DNA from: Oscillospiraceae bacterium
Lineage (GTDB): Bacteria; Bacillota; Clostridia; Oscillospirales; Ruminococcaceae
Direction: 5' to 3'
NCBI GenBank assembly: GCA_022508965.1
Contig: JAFLUD010000001.1
Coordinates: forward strand, 584-64,583
Length of the DNA: 64,000 nt
Shown: positions 49,521 to 58,569 of the stretch, in pieces
Numbering within the stretch: position 1 is the first letter of the stretch
Layout of the letters: every line of letters starts with the position of its first letter
Position numbers and translations under genes: made by a program
The notes under the pieces: generated by a model
What the model saw: only the letters and a program-made list of their open reading frames with translations
Databases searched by the model: none
What the model was told of the DNA's origin: nothing

Positions 49521-51017
49521 TTACTTGTTATCGTGCTTTTTCTCGGGAATAAAGCGTTTTACGGGCTTTTGCGGCTCGGGAGGCTGTTCGGAGTACTCGG
49601 GGGCTTCAAACCAGAAGGTGCTTCCGCTGCCCTCGCTGCTTTCGGCGCCGAACGCGAAGTTATGCTGCTCGAGAACGCTCTTTACTATGGATAAGCCTAT
49701 TCCGCTGCCCATTTTGGCGCGCTTGTGGGTTTTGCTGCGCTCGCTTACCTTATAATATCTGTCCCAGATATACGGGAGGTTCTCGGCGGAAATTCCCTCG
49801 CCGTGGTCTTCCACCTCAAAGCGGACAATTCCGCCCTCCTTGCGGAACAGGCGCACTATTACTTTATTATCCGCGCCCGCGTAGGTCACGGCATTATTTA
49901 TAAGATTGTATACCACCTGCTCGATCTTGGTGATATCCGCGGTTATCACAACATTATCGTCAGCCTGCAGATCTATGACTATTCCGCCGTTTGCGGAATC
50001 TTCGTTCAATTCATTCAGAATATCAAACCGCGAAGTTACCACCGACAGCCGCTCGGTAAAATCGAAGGTCTCGGGGTGTATCTCGGTTACGCCTGCCTGG
50101 AGCTTTGACAGATCCAATATGTCCGTTACCAGAGATGAAAGTCGGTCGGTCTCCTCTATAATCACCTTCAGGTGGCGTTCGCGCTTTTCGGGGTTGTCGC
50201 CCGATATATCGCGTATCATCTCGGCATACGCTTTTATCATAGTAAGCGGCGTCCGCAGATCGTGCGAGATGTTCGCCATAAGCTCGCGGCGCAGGTCGTC
50301 GGATTTGGCTATTTCCTTTGACGCAGAGCTGAGCGTTCCCGCGAGCTGCTTTATCTCGGCATAATCGCGCTTGGATATCTTCGCGCCGAATCGCCCTTGC
50401 GGCAATTCCCGGGCGGAATTGTTGATACGGATTATCGGCTCGGATATTCTATGCGAAAAAAGCACCGACATAAACACCGTAAGAATCATCATTATTACTC
50501 CGACAAATACGAACTGGCGCGTGAATATCAGCACCGTGGTTCCTATCGGCTGGAGATAATTGCTTATGAAGATGTACGCTTCGGGGGCGTCTTTATCGCC
50601 GCCGATATAGCTTCCCATCATCAGCACGGAGTTATCCTCCGCTTCATCGCGAAAGCGCTTGTAGATCATTCCGTTTTCGGATTCGGATACCTCGCGCATC
50701 AGAACCTCTTTATTGAGCAGCTTTATCGACTGGCTTCCTCCGAGGCGGTCTACGGAGATTATTCCTTTGCCGGGGAATATTATCTCTATATACATCTTTT
50801 TCTCGGACGCCTGCTCGTTTATAATAGATACGATGTTGTCGCTTTCCCAATTGGAACGGATATCTACCAATGCCTCGCTTATCTCGTAGGTCTTCATCCA
50901 CTCGTAGAAGTTTGGGAACATCGCTATCAGAAATATATAGGTAAACGTCAGCATCGCTATTACTACTACTTCAAAAAGCGCCCAGACCCTAACCTTTATA
51001 CTGCGAAAAAAGTTCAT
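49521..51017 (-). CDS. Sensor histidine kinase (2 TM, HAMP, HisKA, HATPase)
   Basis: NISHDLRTPL, NLINNA, DHGEGI, GSGIGLSI, GSTFWF. Confidence 0.95.
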   Translation of the reverse strand: MNFFRSIKVRVWALFEVVVIAMLTFTYIFLIAMFPNFYEWMKTYEISEALVDIRSNWESDNIVSIINEQASEKKMYIEIIFPGKGIISVDRLGGSQSIKLLNKEVLMREVSESENGMIYKRFRDEAEDNSVLMMGSYIGGDKDAPEAYIFISNYLQPIGTTVLIFTRQFVFVGVIMMILTVFMSVLFSHRISEPIIRINNSARELPQGRFGAKISKRDYAEIKQLAGTLSSASKEIAKSDDLRRELMANISHDLRTPLTMIKAYAEMIRDISGDNPEKRERHLKVIIEETDRLSSLVTDILDLSKLQAGVTEIHPETFDFTERLSVVTSRFDILNELNEDSANGGIVIDLQADDNVVITADITKIEQVVYNLINNAVTYAGADNKVIVRLFRKEGGIVRFEVEDHGEGISAENLPYIWDRYYKVSERSKTHKRAKMGSGIGLSIVKSVLEQHNFAFGAESSEGSGSTFWFEAPEYSEQPPEPQKPVKRFIPEKKHDNK

Positions 51018-51019
51018 TT

Positions 51020-51691
51020 TTATGCCTCGAATTTATACCCTAAGCCACGCAAGGTCACTATATACTTGCGGTATTGTCCCAGATTGTTTCTGAGCATTTT
51101 TATGTGCGTGTCTATCGTGCGGTCGTCTCCGAAGAAATCGTAGCCCCAGACCTCCTCTAGGAGCTTATTCCGAGTGAGGGCTATATTCTTATTGCGCACA
51201 AGATAAAACAGAAGATCGTATTCCTTGGGAGTGAGGTTCGCTTTTTTTCCGTCTATCAGAACGTCGCGGGATGTAAAATTGATCTCCAGTCCCTCGAAGC
51301 GCTCGACCTCGCTTGCCACACCGGATAACACGGTGTTGCGCTTTACTATCGCGTTTACGCGCGCCATTACCTCCTTGGGCGAAAACGGTTTTACTACATA
51401 ATCGTCTATTCCCAACTCAAAGCCAAACAGCTTGTCGTATTCCTCGCCGCGCGCCGACAGCATCAGCATCGGCGTCGGCTTCAGCTTCCGTATCTCCTTA
51501 CACGCGGAATAGCCGTCCAAGCGCGGCATCATTATATCCATTATTATGATATCGTAATCGTTGTTCTTCGCCATTTCGACCGCCTGCATTCCGTCGCTTG
51601 CCTCGTCTACGGTGTGTCCCTCAAACTCGGCGTATTCCTTCAATACCTCGCGAATATGCTCTTCGTCGTCTACTACCAGAATTTTATACAT
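51020..51691 (-). CDS. OmpR-family response regulator
   Basis: LVVDDE, DIMMP, DDYVVKPF, LTPKEYDLL, RTIDTHIK.LR, RGLGY. Confidence 0.96.
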   Translation of the reverse strand: MYKILVVDDEEHIREVLKEYAEFEGHTVDEASDGMQAVEMAKNNDYDIIIMDIMMPRLDGYSACKEIRKLKPTPMLMLSARGEEYDKLFGFELGIDDYVVKPFSPKEVMARVNAIVKRNTVLSGVASEVERFEGLEINFTSRDVLIDGKKANLTPKEYDLLFYLVRNKNIALTRNKLLEEVWGYDFFGDDRTIDTHIKMLRNNLGQYRKYIVTLRGLGYKFEA

Positions 51692-51744
51692 TTTTTGCCT
51701 CCTTTGTCTATTTATAACGGATAATTCTTGAAATTCAAAAGTCT

Positions 51745-51835
51745 AAAAAAATGGCGTTCTTTTCAGTGTTTTGAGAAGAACGCCGATTTCACAAGAGGAA
51801 ACTATGAACATTGCTCGTCGGATTTCCTCCGACAA
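51745..51835 (-). ncRNA. Candidate csRNA-like anti-SD small RNA
   Basis: 5' hairpin GUCGGA-GGAAA-UCCGAC, unpaired GUUCAUAGUUUCCUCUUG, terminator GGCGUUCUU..AAGAACGCC-AUUUUUUU; own -10 at 51840-51845. Confidence 0.65.
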
Positions 51836-51839
51836 ATTA

Positions 51840-51893
51840 ATTATAATACAGAATTATGAAAGTGCCGTGAAAAGCAGTTGAACGTTATGTAAA
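51840..51893 (-). promoter_or_regulatory. OmpR-type activated promoter
   Basis: TTTAC/TTCAA/TTCAC/TTCAT at exact 11-bp period; TTTCAC-N5-TTTCAT-N10-TATAAT; no -35 consensus. Confidence 0.7.
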
Positions 51894-51901
51894 GTACCGT
51901 T

Positions 51902-52903
51902 TTAATTATTCCCAAAAAAGTAAACCGCTTCAAGCATTTTGATCTCGACAATATCGGGAATTCCGGTGCTGTAATATACATATCCGCTGCCTTCCAATAC
52001 AAGCGGCGAACCTGCGGGCGCTTGATATTCGGGAATTTTTACTCCGACGGCTACTTTGCCGTTTTCTTCCCTCAGATAAAAACTGCCGCCGGCGTCCTCG
52101 GCAAAACGCTTTATCAGCGGGATACCCAATCCCAGACGCTGGAAATCAAAATTGATATCCAGCTTCTCGCCGAATTCCGTATTTACAAAATATATGTTTT
52201 CGTTTATTATCTGGAAAACTATGAAATTTTTTCCGTCTTCGGAGGTTTTGCTCAGCGTTATCGTGGGAACGCAATCGCGCGGCGAATACAATATCGCGTT
52301 TTGTATCGAATTTACCAGCGCGTTTATTGCGTGGCGGTGATTCGCGAGAATAAAAAATCCGTCTAATTCCGTCAGAAAATTTACGCATCTGCCGCATTTG
52401 GTCAGTATAGAATTGCAGCGGTCGGTTATTCCTTTTGCCAACAAATACGCGTCTATTACCTCGTGATTCTTTGAGGTCAAACCGAGATGTATATATTCCG
52501 TTATGCTTTTGACCACCGAGCTTGCATAAATCAGCGGTTTGCGGAGTTCCTCGACAATATCTTCATTCTCACTTCCTAAGCTACTGTATGAAAGATATAC
52601 TTTCCACATATCGGATATATTATGCTCGACCGAACACATCATCGGCATTATTTTCTTATAGGTATCCGTGTATGCGCCCAACGCCAGTATCGTATTTACG
52701 TCAAAAAACTCGCATACGTTTGTATTCTCCGAAAACTTCGCTATTCTCGTGCAATAACAGCTGCCGTTTATTATCACCATTGCTCCGACCGCCTTGTTAA
52801 ACGGCGCTTTTATCGGAGTTTGCAGGTACATCGTAAGCGACCTGCCTGCGGGTAAAAGTCCGGGAGTATTGCAATATTTGCAGGTCAAATCGTCATCGAG
52901 CAA
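51902..52903 (-). CDS. Degenerate soluble histidine-kinase-like (GHKL) protein
   Basis: N-box-like NSIQNAILYS and G2-like LGLGIPLIKRF; no clear H-box; frame stays open to 52960. Confidence 0.7.
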   Translation of the reverse strand: MLDDDLTCKYCNTPGLLPAGRSLTMYLQTPIKAPFNKAVGAMVIINGSCYCTRIAKFSENTNVCEFFDVNTILALGAYTDTYKKIMPMMCSVEHNISDMWKVYLSYSSLGSENEDIVEELRKPLIYASSVVKSITEYIHLGLTSKNHEVIDAYLLAKGITDRCNSILTKCGRCVNFLTELDGFFILANHRHAINALVNSIQNAILYSPRDCVPTITLSKTSEDGKNFIVFQIINENIYFVNTEFGEKLDINFDFQRLGLGIPLIKRFAEDAGGSFYLREENGKVAVGVKIPEYQAPAGSPLVLEGSGYVYYSTGIPDIVEIKMLEAVYFFGNN

Positions 52904-52971
52904 GGCTACGGGATTATCGAAGCGATCGCAATACTTTTTGAGCAGATTTGTAAGTTCCGTAGATCATCACC

Positions 52972-54780
52972 TCATACTGCGTTTTGTTCCAGCAGCCCGT
53001 CCATTTCGTCGAGCAAGGATGAGAACAGCCCAAGCGCTTCCTCGACAGCTTTTTTCCCTGTCATATCCACTCCCGCGCCTTTTAGCAGCGTGATAGGATC
53101 GGCAGAGCAGCCGCCGCTTAAGAAGCCGATGTAATCTTTCACCGCGGGAGCGCCCTCGTTCAATATCCTTTGCGACAGCGCTATTGCCGCAGAAAAGCCG
53201 GTGGCGTACTGGTAAACATAATAATCATAATAAAAATGCGGTATTCTTGCCCACTCCATATCCAGCTCGGGATCTACTATTAAGTCCTCGCCGTAATATT
53301 CCTCATTCAACTTATGATACATTTCACAGAGGTTTTCGGCGGTGAGGCTCTCGCCTCTTTCCACCTTTTCGTTTATCATAAGCTCGAATTCGGCGAACAT
53401 TGTCTGTCGGTAAAGGGTGGTCCTGAACTGCTCCAAAAAATAATTCACAAGAAACGCGCGGCGTTTTTTGTCGGTGGTGTTCTTTAACAAATACTGCATA
53501 AGCAGGCTTTCATTGCAGGTGGAGGCGACCTCGGCTACGAAGATCACATAATCGGAATATACCGTCGGCTGATTCTTATTCGACAAATAGGAATGGATCG
53601 CGTGCCCCATTTCGTGGGCGAGCGTGAATTCCCAATTGAGCGTATTCTTATAATTAAGCAGCACAAACGGGTGAACGCGCGCTCCCGCGGAATATGCTCC
53701 GCTGCGCTTGCCCTCGTTTTCGCAGACGTCGATCCAGCGGTTTTCCAGCCCCTCGCGGAAAATCGCGCGGTATTCCTCGCCCATGGGGGCAAGGCTCTCG
53801 TAGACCTCGCGTTTCGCCTGTTCGTAAGGAACTTTATCCTCTATACCCGCGACTATCGGCGTATACAGATCGTATGCGTGAAGCTCATCGACTCCCAACG
53901 CCTTTTTTCGGAGCTTTACATATCTGTGCATAAGTCCCATATTATCGTGGACTGCCTCGATCAAGCGGCGGTATACCGCAGTATCCACCTCGTTGACGTC
54001 GAGAGCGGCTTCCAGCGTGCTGTTGTATTTTCTCGCGCGGGCGCGAAACACAAGTGTTTTTACCTGCGCGGAGAGCATTGCCGCGGAGGTGTTCTTAAAG
54101 CCCTCGTAGGTGTGATAGAGCGAATCGAACGCTGATTTTCTCAAAACGCGGTCGGGGTTTTGTACAAGCGGGATATAGCTCTCGTGGGTTACCTGGTGTG
54201 GGTTTCCGTTTTTATCGACGGCGTCGGGGAACTTTAAGTCCGCGTCATTGAACATCGAGAAGATGTTGTCGGGAGCGGCTTGCATTTCACCCGCGAGCGC
54301 GATTATCTTCTCCTCGTTTTCGGACAGATAATGCGCGCGGCGGCGACGGATGGTATCCAGCGCGCGGCGATACATTCTCAACTCTTCACATTCCTCATAA
54401 AAACGCTCGAGCGTTTCGTCGGGAATTGAAAGTATCTCGGGAGTTACAAACGCCGCTTCGCCGGAGATCTGCACATACAGCATCTCCAGTCTGCCGCACA
54501 TTTCCTGATACAAAGGAACGCGCGTGTCCTCGTCGCTTTTGCGCTGAGCGTAGTTCATCAGGCTGTCAAAAAGCAGCGTTAACTCGTCGTCCAGCTTAAA
54601 ATACGCGAGAAGCTCTTTTGCGTCCTTGCAGAGCTTTCCTCTGAACGCGGCGATCTTCTCGACAAAACCACGCGCTTTCGCGAAGTCCTTTTCCCACAAC
54701 TCATCCGAAGCGTAGATATCCTCTATTGCCCACCTGCTTTCGGCAGGCACGTCCGCTCGCTGCGGTATTCTCTCAGACAT
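52972..54780 (-). CDS. pepF: Oligoendopeptidase F
   Basis: WIDV..NEGKRSGAYS, LAHEMGHAIHS, FVAEVAS, WARIPHFY..YVYQY. Confidence 0.96.
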   Translation of the reverse strand: MSERIPQRADVPAESRWAIEDIYASDELWEKDFAKARGFVEKIAAFRGKLCKDAKELLAYFKLDDELTLLFDSLMNYAQRKSDEDTRVPLYQEMCGRLEMLYVQISGEAAFVTPEILSIPDETLERFYEECEELRMYRRALDTIRRRRAHYLSENEEKIIALAGEMQAAPDNIFSMFNDADLKFPDAVDKNGNPHQVTHESYIPLVQNPDRVLRKSAFDSLYHTYEGFKNTSAAMLSAQVKTLVFRARARKYNSTLEAALDVNEVDTAVYRRLIEAVHDNMGLMHRYVKLRKKALGVDELHAYDLYTPIVAGIEDKVPYEQAKREVYESLAPMGEEYRAIFREGLENRWIDVCENEGKRSGAYSAGARVHPFVLLNYKNTLNWEFTLAHEMGHAIHSYLSNKNQPTVYSDYVIFVAEVASTCNESLLMQYLLKNTTDKKRRAFLVNYFLEQFRTTLYRQTMFAEFELMINEKVERGESLTAENLCEMYHKLNEEYYGEDLIVDPELDMEWARIPHFYYDYYVYQYATGFSAAIALSQRILNEGAPAVKDYIGFLSGGCSADPITLLKGAGVDMTGKKAVEEALGLFSSLLDEMDGLLEQNAV

Positions 54781-54789
54781 AACAATCTC

Positions 54790-55350
54790 CTATCTCATTC
54801 GTTTCTGTATTTTTGGTTTTATCAGCTTTTCGTAAAACGGCGCGAACATTCCCAAAAACAGATCGTACATCAAAAACGCCATGGCGCCCATGACGAGCAA
54901 TACCAGCGAGCCGTATTTTCCGAACTCGCCGATATCCTCCAAAAGCGCGCTCATTCCAAACAAATAAATCAGCGCCAGATACGCTCCCGTGGCGGTGAGC
55001 GCGTACAGCGCGAGCTTTGCCAACAACCGCAGCAGAAACAGCGGTATCTTCTGAAAATACTCGCGTACTATCGGATAATAGCCCAACAAAACCAGATACA
55101 TCATCGAGGCTTCATAGTTCATCGTTATCAGAAAACAGAGTATTCCCACGGCAAGATAGCTGGTAAGCCCGTATTTTACGCCGAGACGTTCGCGGATGAC
55201 CCATATCAGTATTCCCGCTGCCGCGGGGCTGATATACTCGAAGGCGGGGATCATTCCCAATACAAACATCAACGTCAGCGCCAGTCCGCTCATTATTCCG
55301 CATAACGCTACGACATATCCGATATGCGGGCTTTGCTTTTGGGATCTCAT
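54790..55350 (-). CDS. Hypothetical integral membrane protein
   Basis: Multiple TM helices; ATGA overlap with tyrA. Confidence 0.8.
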   Translation of the reverse strand: MRSQKQSPHIGYVVALCGIMSGLALTLMFVLGMIPAFEYISPAAAGILIWVIRERLGVKYGLTSYLAVGILCFLITMNYEASMMYLVLLGYYPIVREYFQKIPLFLLRLLAKLALYALTATGAYLALIYLFGMSALLEDIGEFGKYGSLVLLVMGAMAFLMYDLFLGMFAPFYEKLIKPKIQKRMR

Positions 55351-56201
55351 TTTCGCTCCTGTCCGTAAAACTCCATGCTCTTTTCTTTAAGCTCTTTTCC
55401 GTTCTTCAACAGCTCCCGGAGAGTATCTACATCCTCTTTCTCCACCGCGTCGCGGTATTCGGAAAGAGATCTGATTATGTGATCCATTTCAAACAGCACC
55501 GCCTGCTTGTTGCACATAAACAGTCCCGACCACATTTCTTCATTCAGATACGCGACTCTCGTAAGATCGAGGAAGCTGCCCGCCGAAAAGCCGTCCGCAC
55601 GGAAAAGCGAGGGGCTTTTTACATAGGCGTTCGACACGATATGCGCGAGCTGAGAGGTGTAGGCGATGTTGCTGTCGTGCTGTTCGGGGGTGGAGATGAC
55701 GACCTTTCCGAAATTCATGCACGCGCCCAATGTGGACACCAGGTCAATCGCTATCTGCGGGGTGTTCTCGGTGGGAGTGATTATGAAGCTCGCCTTATTG
55801 AACAGGTCGGCTGTCGCGTAATCAAAGCCGGAATGCTCGGTTCCCGCCATGGGGTGGGTGCCTATGAATATAACTCCCTTTTCGTCGAGGATCGGGGTGC
55901 AATTATTAACAATATATCCCTTGACGCCGCAGATATCCATTACTATTGAGCCGCGGCGGAATTTGTCGGCGTTTTTCTTCACAAATTCCACTATCGCAAG
56001 CGGATAGAGTGCGACTATCGTCAGATTCGCTTCGGAGAGCTTATCCTCGGTTATCTCCTCGTCGATAGCACCCACAGCGAGCGCCTTTTTTACCGTTTCG
56101 GGATCGGTGTCGATCCCCATTATGTGGTGAAAGGTATTCGCCTTTAACGCCTTACATATCGATCCGCCTATCAGTCCGAGTCCTACTACTGCTATGTTCA
56201 T
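55347..56201 (-). CDS. tyrA: Prephenate dehydrogenase
   Basis: VGLGLIGGS, DICGVK, HPMAGTE, HD..AYTSQLAH, DLTRVA. Confidence 0.94.
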   Translation of the reverse strand: MNIAVVGLGLIGGSICKALKANTFHHIMGIDTDPETVKKALAVGAIDEEITEDKLSEANLTIVALYPLAIVEFVKKNADKFRRGSIVMDICGVKGYIVNNCTPILDEKGVIFIGTHPMAGTEHSGFDYATADLFNKASFIITPTENTPQIAIDLVSTLGACMNFGKVVISTPEQHDSNIAYTSQLAHIVSNAYVKSPSLFRADGFSAGSFLDLTRVAYLNEEMWSGLFMCNKQAVLFEMDHIIRSLSEYRDAVEKEDVDTLRELLKNGKELKEKSMEFYGQERK

Positions 56202-56251
56202 TTTACTTTCCTTTCAAATGTTACTAAAGGTCACCTCTAAAATATATAATA

Positions 56252-56280
56252 ATTATAGCACATTTGGAATTTATTTTCAA
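56252..56280 (-). promoter_or_regulatory. Sigma-A promoter for tyrA-pepF operon
   Basis: TTGAAA-17-TATAAT with extended TG. Confidence 0.75.
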
Positions 56281-56299
56281 GAAATTTTTGAAAAATTCT

Positions 56300-57256
56300 T
56301 TATTTTACCGAAGAATATCCGCTTTCTTCGACTATCCGCTGTCCATCCTCGGACAATATCCATTCTATCAGAACGGGAACGTTGGGGTTTTTATTGTCTT
56401 TGCGGTAGACCGCGTAAAAATCGGACACTATCGGGTAGCTTCCGTTGGACACGTTTTCTTTGCTAGGGTAAACGCCGTTCAGCGAGAGCATTTTTACGCC
56501 GGAATTCTCGACTATTCCCTCGACGTAATATCTGAACGAAAAGCCTATCGCGCTGCCGGTGAGCGCGCCGAAAAGATCGCGTTTCATTTCCCTGCCGCCC
56601 ATAAACGACAGCATCGCGGTCTGGCTTCCGCTGCCCGCGTTTCGCTGCAATGCGTCAATAGCGCGGTTTTCTCCGCCGAACTGCGACCAGTTCTTATACT
56701 CCCCGGAATAGATGCCGCGTACCTGTTCTACAGTCAGGTTATCAACGGGGTTGCTGCTGTTTACGATGAACACGAACGCTTCCCTGCCTATCGGCACAAG
56801 CTCCAGCTCTACGCCGTTCTCCGCGGCATATTCCAGCTGCTCGGCGGAGGGTTTCGCACAAAAAACGATGTCCGCGCCGCCGTCTACCACCGCCTGATAC
56901 GCGCCTCGGGTATTGGTGTAGTGCAGGGCGCTTTCGGGGGTGAAGTTCTCACCGTCAAAGAAAACGCTGTCGGACGGATAGACCGAGTTTACGAACGCCG
57001 AAAACACGGGAAACAACGCCGCCGCGCCGTCTATCACGGGCAGGTCGCTTTCCAGCTTTAGCGAGGAATCCAGCTTTACTATTTCGGAATTCTCGTCAAA
57101 CGGGAGGTATTTTGACAGCTCTACCGACTTTGCCTGCATTTCGGGAGAGGTATCCTTGATAAAGTGTTTTGTGAACACGTTGTAAATTGCCAGATCGAAT
57201 GCCGCGAAGAAAGCTATCAGCAGCAGGATTATCGAGATTTGTTTTACCGTCTTCAT
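56300..57256 (-). CDS. PstS-like substrate-binding protein, membrane-anchored
   Basis: IDGAAALFP, PIGREAFVFIVN..NPV, QRNAGSGSQ, SEDGQ.IVE..GY. Confidence 0.85.
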   Translation of the reverse strand: MKTVKQISIILLLIAFFAAFDLAIYNVFTKHFIKDTSPEMQAKSVELSKYLPFDENSEIVKLDSSLKLESDLPVIDGAAALFPVFSAFVNSVYPSDSVFFDGENFTPESALHYTNTRGAYQAVVDGGADIVFCAKPSAEQLEYAAENGVELELVPIGREAFVFIVNSSNPVDNLTVEQVRGIYSGEYKNWSQFGGENRAIDALQRNAGSGSQTAMLSFMGGREMKRDLFGALTGSAIGFSFRYYVEGIVENSGVKMLSLNGVYPSKENVSNGSYPIVSDFYAVYRKDNKNPNVPVLIEWILSEDGQRIVEESGYSSVK

Positions 57257-57257
57257 T

Positions 57258-57395
57258 TTACCCCCTGCTTGCGATGTACGATATTATCGAGGCGTTGTGA
57301 TAAAGGTGAAATGTATATGCGGTCAGAGCGATAACGCTCAGCACGCCCAGAATGCACACGGCGGTGATTATTCCGTAGAACAGCTTTTCTTTCAT
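57258..57395 (-). CDS. 45-aa single-TM small protein
   Basis: AGGAGG RBS before ATG 57395; MKEKLFYGIITAVCILGVLSVIALTAY...; stop 1 nt before the PstS-like start. Confidence 0.75.
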   Translation of the reverse strand: MKEKLFYGIITAVCILGVLSVIALTAYTFHLYHNASIISYIASRG

Positions 57396-57448
57396 AATTC
57401 CTCCTACATATAGAACATTATTCCCTCGAGCATAAGTCCTCACGCTGA

Positions 57449-58225
57449 TCACATACCAAAAATAATAAGCGTTACAAACATCAGCACGAGCAAGGATACG
57501 ACCGTAATGACCGCCAATGCCGCGAGAGAGGACGCAATAAGCATAACGTTTCTGGCTATTCTTTTTTCGCCGGATGGATTCGGCTTGAACAGTCCGTTCA
57601 GCGACGCCGCAAGCCACGCCGCCGCCATAGACGGGATCGCGAAGATGATACCTGCCAATGCCATGTCGAAGTCGGTATGGACGCTGAGGATAGTAAGATA
57701 AACGACTGCTGCCAGAGACAGCGCTATCGCGATGATCCCTGAGATCTTCGCGCTTTTTGCGAGCTTTTCATCGGAGCCTCCGTCCCAGCGATAGCGTGCG
57801 AGCTTTGCCGCAAAAAACACCGCAGCCGCTCCCGCAAGAGTCAGCACCGCGAGCGCCGCTATGAAGATCACTCTCATTCTCGGCAAGAGACGGATAAATT
57901 CTTCGGCTTTTTCGATAAAAATTTCGTTGCCTTTTACCGTTCCTACTTTTATCCAAGTTGAGTAAAGCTCGTCAGAATATGCCGGGGCAATAAAATAGAT
58001 CGGGTGATAAAACAGATTTGTTATCTGCGGAAGATAGATCACTACTCCCACAAACGACATCAGCTGGACCGCTGCCGTAAAGCCAAACAGCACTGTCCTT
58101 ATAATGCCTTTTACTATCGGGGGATCGGAGCGTTTGATTCTTAAAATCGAATCCACAAAAAGGAATACTCCCAAGAAGCCTCCGACAAACGCTATAAAAA
58201 TTGTAATTGCAGCTATAATTGCCAT
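57449..58225 (-). CDS. Hypothetical multi-TM membrane protein
   Basis: AGGAG RBS; about six hydrophobic segments. Confidence 0.75.
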   Translation of the reverse strand: MAIIAAITIFIAFVGGFLGVFLFVDSILRIKRSDPPIVKGIIRTVLFGFTAAVQLMSFVGVVIYLPQITNLFYHPIYFIAPAYSDELYSTWIKVGTVKGNEIFIEKAEEFIRLLPRMRVIFIAALAVLTLAGAAAVFFAAKLARYRWDGGSDEKLAKSAKISGIIAIALSLAAVVYLTILSVHTDFDMALAGIIFAIPSMAAAWLAASLNGLFKPNPSGEKRIARNVMLIASSLAALAVITVVSLLVLMFVTLIIFGM

Positions 58226-58258
58226 AATACTCTCCTAATAAAACACGGTCTTTTGCGA

Positions 58259-58480
58259 TCAAAACAGCTGGCTGAAAAATTCCGACACCGTATACACAAA
58301 CCACATAAAGGCGATAAATCCCAGCACCGCTATTCCCATTAAAACCCCGGAAACTATCAGCATAATGCAATAGCCACGTTTTTTGGGGTCGTTTTTTGGA
58401 GTTTGCAGATACAAATACAGCGATACCGCAAACCACACGATAACCGCCGCGGCAGGCAGAAAGGTTACCAATAAATCCAT
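58259..58480 (-). CDS. Small two-TM hypothetical protein
   Basis: GGAG RBS before ATG 58480; two hydrophobic segments around a basic loop. Confidence 0.6.
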   Translation of the reverse strand: MDLLVTFLPAAAVIVWFAVSLYLYLQTPKNDPKKRGYCIMLIVSGVLMGIAVLGFIAFMWFVYTVSEFFSQLF

Positions 58481-58504
58481 CCCGAGCACTCCGTTTTTGT
58501 GAAT

Positions 58505-58535
58505 AAAGGCTCCTGAAAACATTCCAAGAGCCTTT
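58505..58535 (-). terminator. Possible terminator after fba
   Basis: AAAGGCTC / GAGCCTTT with a long loop. Confidence 0.45.
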
Positions 58536-58569
58536 TCTGTTTACTGTTTATTAAACGCCTTCAAGCGGT

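Noticed and set aside
51804-51881. Plus-strand 25-codon ORF with AAGAGG RBS
   Set aside because: No plus-strand promoter found and it runs across the minus-strand promoter; better explained as the complement of the sRNA seed, though not excluded
57396-57617. Longer 119-aa version of the small membrane ORF
   Set aside because: Overlaps the upstream gene in another frame; strong RBS marks 57395 as the start
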